Below, piece by piece: positions 39,821 through 47,397 of a DNA stretch of 64,000 nt (position 1 is its first letter; each line of letters opens with the position of its first letter). The notes under the pieces were generated by a model. It was given only the letters and a program-made list of their open reading frames with translations. It had not been told where the DNA came from and searched no databases. Source of the DNA: an uncultured Actinomycetes bacterium (lineage in GTDB: Bacteria > Actinomycetota > Actinomycetes > S36-B12 > UBA5976); contig CAITJH010000044.1 of assembly GCA_903892635.1 (NCBI GenBank), forward strand, positions 66,108-130,107, read 5' to 3'. A program made the position numbers and the translations under genes.

Positions 39821-40028
39821 CATGAGTGGCGATGAATTGCAGCTAAATGGCAAGCTGCCTCCGGTGGTTCAGTATCTGGATGCCCTGACCCAATTGGTCG
39901 AAATGCATGCGGCAGGTTTGGAAGTTGTGAACCTGGCTCATCAAGAGATTATGAAATTATCGCAACGGCTTGATCAGGTTGTGCCGGAAGTATTCGAGCA
40001 GACAGTCAACAAATCTAAGCGGCCTTAA
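39807..40028 (+). CDS. Small (68-73 aa) predicted helical cytoplasmic protein, unknown function
   Basis: The ORF overlaps or abuts the stop of the 643-aa gene (alternative ATG at 39822) and ends 3 nt before the next start. No hydrophobic segment. Confidence 0.4.
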   Translation: MEDNDMSGDELQLNGKLPPVVQYLDALTQLVEMHAAGLEVVNLAHQEIMKLSQRLDQVVPEVFEQTVNKSKRP

Positions 40029-40030
40029 GA

Positions 40031-42079
40031 GTGAAGTCGCGATTAAGAAATGTTTTGTTAGCACTTGGGCTAACCTTTCTGATCTCGCCTGTTTCGACGG
40101 CTCATTCGGCTGATAAATCATTTACGTGCGCTAATAAGGTTTGTTCAATTACTTTTGATTCGAATCAACAATATGCGGACTGGATAGTTCCCGAGGATGT
40201 TTACGCACTTTCTCTCGATATCACGGGTGCACCTGGTGGAACTAGTGGAACTGGCAATGCATCGGGACCAGTAGGACGAGTTTATGGACTGTTAGATGTC
40301 ATTCCTGGAAGTAAAGTTCGATTCGCAGTCGGTGGCGCTGGCCAATCGGCACGACTTGGAAGTCGTGGTGGAACCAATCCAGTCGGTCACTTCGCTGGCG
40401 GTGGCGGCGGAATCGGTGCTTTCGCAAGTACTAGTGGTGGCGGTGGTGGTGCTGCGTCGGTCGTCTTCTATCGAAACCAAGTTCTCATCGCCGGAGGTGG
40501 AGGCGGAGGAAATGGCAGTGATGCAACCGGAGGAGGTGGCGGTGGTGCTGATGGTGGCGCAGCCGGAACTTTCTCTCCACAGAATCCAATTCACGGTGCA
40601 GCTGGTCGCAACTTACCTGGCGGAATGCAATCAGGCTTTATTGAAGCTGGCAATAGTTCAGCAGGAAAAATATTTGTTACCTACACAGATCCAAGGGTGA
40701 ATGTTGCTAAGAAAGATCAGTTCCTTTTACTAGGTGTGGCCGATCCGAGTCGACCACTTAGTGACCCACGTGGGATTGCAAACCTAGCCATTGCATCAGC
40801 AGCCATTGTTGGTGCAGTTGGCTCACGCCGAGATCATGACCACGTAACTGATAAAAAACAAGAAGGTCAAGTAGAAGATCTAGACACGGTAAGCACCGAC
40901 TATTTAGCTCGAAAGGAAAGCGGGCAAGGCTTTGGGGATCGACTGCCAATTTGGCGTTCCCCGTTATTAAACGGCTACCAAAATCGACTTTGGAAAATTG
41001 TTGATCGGGTAGACCATCGCACCCCACTGCTTACCCGACTATTTAATGACGGTGCATACCTACGCGCAAGCATTGGAAGTCTTGCATTCTTGCTACCTGC
41101 ATTCTCATTAGTCCTTGGAATTCAAACTGGGTTAACCGCTGGTTGGCGACTTACTCCCGATGCACAACTGGTTCTAATACTTGCGGTGATAGGTGTCTTT
41201 GATGCTTTTGCCGGCGCACTTGGCTTTCTCGCTCTCGCTTTAACGCTTGGTATCCGATTCAGTTTTATGCCACTTACTGCGATCGAGTACTTCATTGGGC
41301 TAGCCGCACTGGGATTGATTCCCACTTTGGCTGTTGGAGCATTCCGACCGTTTCGTCGAACTAAGTCAATAAGTCTCGCATCTTGGTGGGAGCGAATCAC
41401 AGATTTTGCAGTCATTCCGTTCTTTACAATTTGGTCGACTGCTTCACTAATCGGCGGACTAGCTATTCTCGCTCGGCACGAAACAAGCATTTCAAATAAT
41501 GCACAAAAGATTGCGTTGGCTATGGGTGGCGCATTCTTAGTGCGCCTTCTGATTGAAGAGTTTGTGTCTCATTTATTCCCACAACGACTAGGTCAAGACC
41601 ATCCAGTTGAACTTGATGACCCAAGTTTGGGGCATCAAATATTCTTAATAGTTCTCCGCACAATAACGTTTCTAGTCGTTGCAATTTCATTCCTAGGTAA
41701 TTGCTGGCAGGTTTGGGTTGCGACGCTCATAATGTTAATCCCGCAAATCGTTGGCTTAGTAAAAGACAACTTTCCTAATTTTCCAAATTTATGGCAGGTT
41801 ATGCCAGGTGGCGTTCCGGGTATTGCATTCAACATTGGAATTGGAACTGCGACGGCATATTTTCTGATTAAGTACCTAGGCGAAACAGAGCAAATGGCTA
41901 AGTTGGTTTTTGTTCTCGCACCGATTCCAGGGACCGCGATTGGATTAGTCAAAACTTTTGGTAGACATGCAATTGAGGGCGACGTTCGGTGGTACCGAAG
42001 ACCTCAAATTCGAATTTTCTACCGAATCATTGGACCGGTTATTTTTCTAGTGGTTCTGAAACTCACTCACTTTATTTAA
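40031..42079 (+). CDS. Glycine-rich ectodomain fused to polytopic (~8-10 TM) membrane domain
   Basis: 682 aa, GTG start, Sec signal ..STAHSA. It has DWIVPEDVYALSLDITGAPGG, then GGGGG/GGGGGG blocks as in the 776-aa protein. The C-terminal 350 aa are hydrophobic. Confidence 0.65.
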   Translation: MKSRLRNVLLALGLTFLISPVSTAHSADKSFTCANKVCSITFDSNQQYADWIVPEDVYALSLDITGAPGGTSGTGNASGPVGRVYGLLDVIPGSKVRFAVGGAGQSARLGSRGGTNPVGHFAGGGGGIGAFASTSGGGGGAASVVFYRNQVLIAGGGGGGNGSDATGGGGGGADGGAAGTFSPQNPIHGAAGRNLPGGMQSGFIEAGNSSAGKIFVTYTDPRVNVAKKDQFLLLGVADPSRPLSDPRGIANLAIASAAIVGAVGSRRDHDHVTDKKQEGQVEDLDTVSTDYLARKESGQGFGDRLPIWRSPLLNGYQNRLWKIVDRVDHRTPLLTRLFNDGAYLRASIGSLAFLLPAFSLVLGIQTGLTAGWRLTPDAQLVLILAVIGVFDAFAGALGFLALALTLGIRFSFMPLTAIEYFIGLAALGLIPTLAVGAFRPFRRTKSISLASWWERITDFAVIPFFTIWSTASLIGGLAILARHETSISNNAQKIALAMGGAFLVRLLIEEFVSHLFPQRLGQDHPVELDDPSLGHQIFLIVLRTITFLVVAISFLGNCWQVWVATLIMLIPQIVGLVKDNFPNFPNLWQVMPGGVPGIAFNIGIGTATAYFLIKYLGETEQMAKLVFVLAPIPGTAIGLVKTFGRHAIEGDVRWYRRPQIRIFYRIIGPVIFLVVLKLTHFI

Positions 42080-42813
42080 ATTTGATCGATTAGTCGATCA
42101 ATGTGATTCTTAACAATTTGTCGTTCCAAAATTCCGATTTCACGAGTCTTTCCAGAAGGTAAGTGACCCCCTGATTTCCAAACGGATAGTCCAAGAATCG
42201 ACCAGCCAATACTTGCGGCCATCGAAGCGTTAGCCACGTTTTTCAGAAGTTCCGTACGAGGAATATTTCCAGCCGTAAAGTTTGCTGGGGAGACACGATT
42301 CTTTTTTACATCGCCAACTAAAGTCATCAGTCGGGCCAGATTTAATTCCGAAAGATCTGTCATGCGCTCACGATGAACGTTTTCCACAACAGTCGAAACT
42401 TCCAAACTTGCAGTTGGGTAGTTCAGTACAGAACCCCAACCACGACCCTGTTCATTTCTATAAACATTTTCTTCCAACCATGCCCGCAGCCGAGCCTTTG
42501 GCTCTGGCTTGGCATTTTGCGTCGCCTGCCAGAGAAATTCCACATAGTTTTCATAGGCCAAGACGGTTGCCTCAGCTAACAATTCGTTTCTGCCACCAAA
42601 GTGATAGTTGATCAATGCCATGGAAATACCAAGAGCTTCGCAAACATGTCTTGCCTGAAAGCTAGATACACCTACCCGACTTACATCGTCGATAGTCACG
42701 CAAAGAACCTTCTCGCGCATGGAAAGTTCGCCTTCAAAGCCGAACTGGGACCAATAAAAATCGTCTAAAACTCGATTTTCATCGAGTTGTGAAACGATCT
42801 TTGGGCCCTCCAT
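42076..42813 (-). CDS. TetR-family transcriptional regulator
   Basis: HTH region VTIDDVSRVGVSSFQARHVCEALGISMALINYHFGGRNELL. 245 aa. Convergent with the 682-aa gene and overlaps it by 4 nt. Confidence 0.75.
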   Translation of the reverse strand: MEGPKIVSQLDENRVLDDFYWSQFGFEGELSMREKVLCVTIDDVSRVGVSSFQARHVCEALGISMALINYHFGGRNELLAEATVLAYENYVEFLWQATQNAKPEPKARLRAWLEENVYRNEQGRGWGSVLNYPTASLEVSTVVENVHRERMTDLSELNLARLMTLVGDVKKNRVSPANFTAGNIPRTELLKNVANASMAASIGWSILGLSVWKSGGHLPSGKTREIGILERQIVKNHIDRLIDQI

Positions 42814-42851
42814 ACCAATATTCTATCTCCGCACTAATTGACCAGAAAACC

Positions 42852-42985
42852 TGAGGGGACTGCTGAAGGTTTAGTTGACTAATTACTAGTGGAGTTTGGG
42901 CTCTGCTGGAAGGATGTTGACATGGCTAAAAGGTATCCGGCTGAGTTTCGGCGTGATGTGGTTGAGGTGGCTCGGCAGCGGGATT
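42852..42985 (+). mobile_element. IS3-family insertion sequence remnant (left end plus first ~20 codons of orfA)
   Basis: TGAGGGGACTGC... resembles an IS3-type terminal repeat. About 70 nt later, ATG at 42922 encodes MAKRYPAEFRRDVVEVARQR, typical of an IS3 OrfA N-terminus. Similarity then stops and the frame runs into the csp terminator. Confidence 0.55.
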
Positions 42986-43016
42986 TTCGCCATTGGCGAA
43001 GCCGCCAAATCTGCTT

Positions 43017-43058
43017 AAAAAATAAGTCAGCCCGAGAGAATCTCTCGGGCTGACTTAT
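43017..43058 (-). terminator. Intrinsic terminator of cspA
   Basis: Perfect 17-bp stem ATAAGTCAGCCCGAGAG / CTCTCGGGCTGACTTAT with a 3-nt loop, followed by a T6 run on the minus strand. Confidence 0.8.
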
Positions 43059-43072
43059 AAGTCTGATTGGAC

Positions 43073-43273
43073 TTAGACAGGGCGTACGTGCTCTGCCTGT
43101 GGACCCTTAGGGCCTTCGCCGATTTCGAACTCTACGCGCTGATCCTGCTCAAGCGTCTTGAATCCATCAACCTCAATAGCTGAGTAATGAAGGAATACAT
43201 CGCGATCGGTGCCGTCAACTTCAACGAAGCCGTAGCCCTTTTCCTGGTTGAACCACTTAACTGTGCCTAACAT
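43073..43273 (-). CDS. cspA: Cold-shock protein (66 aa)
   Basis: [33 protein letters not shown] carries RNP1 and RNP2. The ORF-track start at 43339 is an upstream in-frame extension. Confidence 0.92.
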   Translation of the reverse strand: MLGTVKWFNQEKGYGFVEVDGTDRDVFLHYSAIEVDGFKTLEQDQRVEFEIGEGPKGPQAEHVRPV

Positions 43274-43577
43274 GGCATCTCTTTTCTTAATGGGTCGGAA
43301 CAACGTTTGCCATTCCGGGTCTTGCTCCCTGCCCACCAAGGTGAGAGTTCGCTACGTGCTCGCGAATCTTTTGTCTTCGAGTCTTACTCTCTAACGACTT
43401 GCAATTACTTATCGACCAGTTATCAGCCTATGGCACAAAACCCCCGCAATTGACCTAATCTCGCCTAAATCGTCACATTCGGCTGCAAGAGTAGAGAAAT
43501 CTGCAATGGGCGGGCCGCACGGGGCGGATATTGCTTCTTGCTAAACCAAATGGTCGCGCATAAAGCAGCCGTCCGGT

Positions 43578-43859
43578 TTAGCCACCAGCGACTGCAGGGA
43601 CGATTGAGATCTGGGCACCATCTGGTGTCGGCGTTGCTAGACCTTCTAAGAATCGAACATCATCGTCATTGATGTAGAAGTTGATGAAGCGACGCATTTC
43701 GCCAGTATCGCTCACAAGACGCTGCTTGATACCTGGGTATGACGCCTCAAGCGTGTCAATGACGCCGCCGAGTGTGGCCTCACCTGGTTCAACATCGACG
43801 TTAGCTTCACCACCGGTGTAAGTGCGAAGGATTGTTGGGATACGTACGGAGACACTCAT
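43578..43859 (-). CDS. MoaD/ThiS-family sulfur-carrier protein (C-terminal GG)
   Basis: 93 aa with a beta-grasp pattern, ending ..PAVAGG. Overlaps the stop of the upstream ThrC-like gene by 4 nt. Confidence 0.8.
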   Translation of the reverse strand: MSVSVRIPTILRTYTGGEANVDVEPGEATLGGVIDTLEASYPGIKQRLVSDTGEMRRFINFYINDDDVRFLEGLATPTPDGAQISIVPAVAGG

Positions 43860-45115
43860 TTGCCACTCGCAATCACTAGAGAAACGGAATCAACACTTGG
43901 TGCAATTGTTGCAGTAAAACCATCGCCTGTTGACACAGCATCGAGAGTTTTTAGTCCTTCACCGGTGTTGACGATGACGGTTTCGGCAGTTGGGTCGAGA
44001 AGTCCCTGAGCCAACAACTTGCGAGTAACTGCCACGGTCACGCCGCCAGCTGTCTCGGCAAAAATGCCCTCGGTTTCAGCCAGCAAGCGAATACCTTCAA
44101 TGACTTCCGCATCGGTCACGTCACCGATCGCACCGTTAGTGCGACGAACGGCATCAAGTGCATACGGGCCATCTGCAGGGTTTCCGATCGCAAGAGACTT
44201 GGCGATTGTGTTCGGTTTCACTGGACGAATGACATCTTGGCCATCCGCAAACGCAGTCGACACTGGATTGCAGCCAGTGGCTTGCGCACCAAATACTCGA
44301 TAGTTGTGTTCTTCGACAAGTCCCAGAGCGAGAAACTCGCGCCAGCCTCTATCAATCTTGGTGAGCAACGAACCCGAAGCAACCGGAATAACAACCTGAT
44401 CTGGCAAACGCCAGCCAAGTTGTTCGGCAATTTCGTAACCGACTGTCTTGGAACCTTCTGCGTAATACGGACGAAGGTTGACGTTAACAAAACCCCAATC
44501 GGCAGAAACTTCTTCGCCAATTAATTCGGAGCACAAACGATTCACATCGTCGTAGTTGCCATCGATGCCGATGACGAAACCGTTGTAAGCAGCAGTCGCC
44601 TGAATTTTGTGCGACTCAAGGTTTGACGGGACAAGTACAACTGAACGCTGACCGGCACGCGCAGCAGCGGCTGCCACTGCTTGCGCCAAGTTTCCAGTCG
44701 ATGCGCATGCAAGTGTTTTGAAGCCAAGTTGAATACCTGCCGTTTGAGCAACGGCAACGACGCGGTCCTTGAAGGAGTGCGTCGGATTGCCACTGTCATC
44801 TTTGACCCACAACTTGCCCGTGATGCCGAGCGCCTTGGCAAGATTGTCAGCTGGCTGCAACCGAGTCATACCCGGTGAAAGCGTGCGGGTTTCCGCAACG
44901 TTTGCTGGAACCGGCAAGAGCGGTGCGTATCGCCACAATGAAAGTGGGCCGGCTTGGATTTGTTCGCGAGTTACCGTGCCAAATTCATACGCAACTTCTA
45001 GTGGGCCAAAGCATTCCCAGCATGAGTAGTCGGCGCCTAGAGTCGCGTGTGCTCCACAAGCACGACAAACAAGATGAGTTGCGGCACCAAATGATGCGGC
45101 GGGGGTTTCAGACAT
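43856..45115 (-). CDS. Threonine-synthase-family PLP enzyme with N-terminal Zn ribbon (candidate sulfur-carrier-dependent homocysteine synthase)
   Basis: CRACG..CWEC zinc ribbon and PLP-lysine motif PTHSFKDR. 419 aa. It is coupled to the MoaD-like gene and sits behind a SAM-I riboswitch. Confidence 0.75.
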   Translation of the reverse strand: MSETPAASFGAATHLVCRACGAHATLGADYSCWECFGPLEVAYEFGTVTREQIQAGPLSLWRYAPLLPVPANVAETRTLSPGMTRLQPADNLAKALGITGKLWVKDDSGNPTHSFKDRVVAVAQTAGIQLGFKTLACASTGNLAQAVAAAAARAGQRSVVLVPSNLESHKIQATAAYNGFVIGIDGNYDDVNRLCSELIGEEVSADWGFVNVNLRPYYAEGSKTVGYEIAEQLGWRLPDQVVIPVASGSLLTKIDRGWREFLALGLVEEHNYRVFGAQATGCNPVSTAFADGQDVIRPVKPNTIAKSLAIGNPADGPYALDAVRRTNGAIGDVTDAEVIEGIRLLAETEGIFAETAGGVTVAVTRKLLAQGLLDPTAETVIVNTGEGLKTLDAVSTGDGFTATIAPSVDSVSLVIASGK

Positions 45116-45262
45116 AGCGTGAGCCTTTCGTCATCTGCCTTAGCGATTCAACATTGAATCTCTAAGCCGGAATTGGCACCGTGTTGCGCGGCCACGAATG
45201 GTTTCGCAATGGTTGCCGGGGCTTCAACGGGCCGGTCCCTCTGCCCCTCTGGATGAGGTGTT
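45116..45262 (-). ncRNA. SAM-I (S-box) riboswitch
   Basis: Minus strand reads CTCATCCAGAGGGGCAGAGGGACCGGCCCGTTGAAGCCCCGGCAACC...GGTGCCAATTCCGGCTTAG...CTAAGGCAGATGA, matching the conserved S-box core. The 3' strand of stem P1 abuts the SD GAAAGG of the ThrC-like gene. Confidence 0.88.
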
Positions 45263-45365
45263 ATTTAGTTAGTCACTGAACGAATTCAACAACGTGATGA
45301 AACTGTATCAGCCATTTTCAGATTCGAAAAAACTGGGTGTCTCACGATCCCAGATTGTGGAACTG

Positions 45366-45800
45366 CTACTTAACGACAACCAAAGTGAGTGCGTCATTCG
45401 CCATTCCTGCCAATGCTGGAAGCGTTGAAGCACGGAACTGAGTTGCCAGCTTTAGCGCATGAGACTTTGCACCCTGCGGGTAATAAACCGTCGTTATCTT
45501 TGGAGCAGGACCGCTGAGGTTACCCACTGATTTGATGACCCATCCCTTTTGAGATGCAGCATCGGCAACAGTTCGAGCAAGTCCACTCGTAGAAGTTCCA
45601 TTGAGAACAACCACAGGAAGTTCGCTGGATTGCGTGGGACTTGATGAAGCAACAGAAGTCGGGCTCGAATTAGCGACTTGAGAATTTGTTGGTGAGAGAC
45701 CAAGAAGTTTGAAACCAACCCCGGCTAAAAATGCGACAGTTGTGATTATGACGCCGAGCGGAATTAGCACCCGTTGCAAAAAGGGCTGCTTTCCTGACAC
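45366..45800 (-). CDS. LytR_C domain membrane-anchored protein
   Basis: One TM segment, a Ser-rich linker, then VVVLNGTSTSGLARTVA..., typical of the LytR C-terminal domain. Confidence 0.65.
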   Translation of the reverse strand: MSGKQPFLQRVLIPLGVIITTVAFLAGVGFKLLGLSPTNSQVANSSPTSVASSSPTQSSELPVVVLNGTSTSGLARTVADAASQKGWVIKSVGNLSGPAPKITTVYYPQGAKSHALKLATQFRASTLPALAGMANDALTLVVVK

Positions 45801-46096
45801 TAATTATTCAGTTCAATACCGAGGCGTCGAGCGGAGCGAGCGCGTTGACGAGCGGCGCGCATTCGCTGGAGGCGCTTAACCAACATTGGATCAAAAGCAA
45901 GCGCTTCTGGTTGATCAATCAGAGCATTAAGCACTTGGTAATACCGAGTTGCAGACATATCGAACTGTTCGCGAATTGCTTGTTCTTTCGCGCCAGCGAA
46001 TTTCCACCATTGGCGTTCAAATTCAAGAATGCGTTGATCGCGTTCTGGCAATACTCCGGAATTATCTGGAGACATGGCTCGGGCTGCTTCGGTCAC
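45800..46096 (-). CDS. DUF3263-like small protein
   Basis: 98 aa. Motif ILEFERQWWKFAGAKEQAIREQFDMSATRYYQ and an Arg-rich tail. Family call is from memory. Confidence 0.6.
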   Translation of the reverse strand: MTEAARAMSPDNSGVLPERDQRILEFERQWWKFAGAKEQAIREQFDMSATRYYQVLNALIDQPEALAFDPMLVKRLQRMRAARQRARSARRLGIELNN

Positions 46097-46213
46097 GATG
46101 TCAATGTTACGGCCATGTAGTTTTCAAATGATGGATGACCCCCCTAAACACTTCGCTGTGTCATTTGGGAGTTTTGGTGAAATAACTCCAGTCACATACG
46201 TCACAATGAGTCA

Positions 46214-47128
46214 GTGACCCAAACCACGACGCAACACAAACCTTGGCTCGCCTTATGGATCATGCTCTCGGTGGTGTGGGGGTTTTCTTTTCTATTTATT
46301 AAAGTTGCGGGTCAATTTCTTGATCAGTTTCAAACAACATTCGGCCGCATGCTTTTCGGCTCGCTCGTATTGCTTGGTTATCTTGCAGTAACGAACAGGC
46401 GCCCTGTTACTTCCGGACCTGCAGTAAAACATCTAGCCATGTTGGGGCAAATTGCTCAAGCCATTCCGTTCATCCTTTTTGCTTGGGCAGAGCACAGCAT
46501 CTCGTCAATTTCGGCAGGCTTAGTCAACTCAACAATGTCACTATGGACTGGGTTACTCGCCATAGTCATTTTGCCGGAAGAAAAATTGAGCAAAGCAAGA
46601 GCTTTGGGTCTAGTAATCGGATGCTTGGGAATCTTAGTTCTTCTTGGTGTTTGGGACGCTGACTTCCGAGGCAATGCACTGGCTTACTTTGCTTGTTCCG
46701 TCTCTACGATCGGCTACGCAGTTGCCGTGTTGTGGACTCGACGTTTCGTTACACCGCTGGGGCTTGATCCGATTGGCGCAGTCGCCACGCAATTGTCCTT
46801 CGGAACACTCTCCTGTGGAATCGCGTGCTTGCTATTTTCTTCTCGACCAACACATTGGCCGATTACTGGAATCGCGTCAGTGATTTTACTCGGCGCATTA
46901 GGCACTGGCTTCGCGCTCGTATTAAATTTCCTCATCATCCAACGAGCAGGCGCTATCGCAACATCACTCGTGACCTATTCAATTCCAATTGTGTCGACAG
47001 TGGCTGGGGTTGTTATCTTGCATGAAAAACTTCACTGGTACGAACCTGTTGGCGCAGTCATCATCTTGGTAGGCATTGCGATGGTTCAGGAACTATTACC
47101 GCGCTTAAGGTCTTTGGTTCCGAAATAA
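46214..47128 (+). CDS. DMT-superfamily (EamA-like) transporter
   Basis: 304 aa, 10 hydrophobic segments, duplicated EamA-like halves. GTG start. Confidence 0.75.
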   Translation: MTQTTTQHKPWLALWIMLSVVWGFSFLFIKVAGQFLDQFQTTFGRMLFGSLVLLGYLAVTNRRPVTSGPAVKHLAMLGQIAQAIPFILFAWAEHSISSISAGLVNSTMSLWTGLLAIVILPEEKLSKARALGLVIGCLGILVLLGVWDADFRGNALAYFACSVSTIGYAVAVLWTRRFVTPLGLDPIGAVATQLSFGTLSCGIACLLFSSRPTHWPITGIASVILLGALGTGFALVLNFLIIQRAGAIATSLVTYSIPIVSTVAGVVILHEKLHWYEPVGAVIILVGIAMVQELLPRLRSLVPK

Positions 47129-47162
47129 TTCAAGCTCCCACAATGGTGGAAGCAAGTGAAAT

Positions 47163-47237
47163 TGGAGCCCCCTATCCGATTTGAACGGATGACCCTCGCT
47201 TTACAAGAGCGATGCTCTACCACTGAGCTAAGGGGGC
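47163..47237 (-). tRNA. tRNA-Thr (anticodon TGT), CCA encoded
   Basis: Reverse complement is GCCCCCTTAGCTCAGTGGTAGAGCATCGCTCTTGTAAAGCGAGGGTCATCCGTTCAAATCGGATAGGGGGCTCCA. The anticodon loop is CTTGTAA. Confidence 0.85.
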
Positions 47238-47397
47238 CTGAACTTCTCCGCAGTATCTCGCGAACCAGCTCGTCCCTAAGTCTAAGAAAAACCCCGAAAT
47301 TTCCCAAATGCGATACCGTTCCAAACCCTGAACCACTGCCGCGTATTAGTTCTGCCGAATATGTGCGATTTTGCGTGAAGTGCGGTTGAGTTAAGTC

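Noticed and set aside
42986-43052. Continuation of the IS3-like orfA frame to a 43-aa ORF
   Set aside because: After about 20 codons the sequence no longer resembles a transposase, and the frame reads through the cspA terminator hairpin. I treat it as a truncated remnant, not a functional gene.
47086-47389. 73-aa and 77-aa ORFs around 47.1-47.4 kb
   Set aside because: Both run through the tRNA-Thr(TGT) gene on either strand. They are artefacts of an intergenic/tRNA region.
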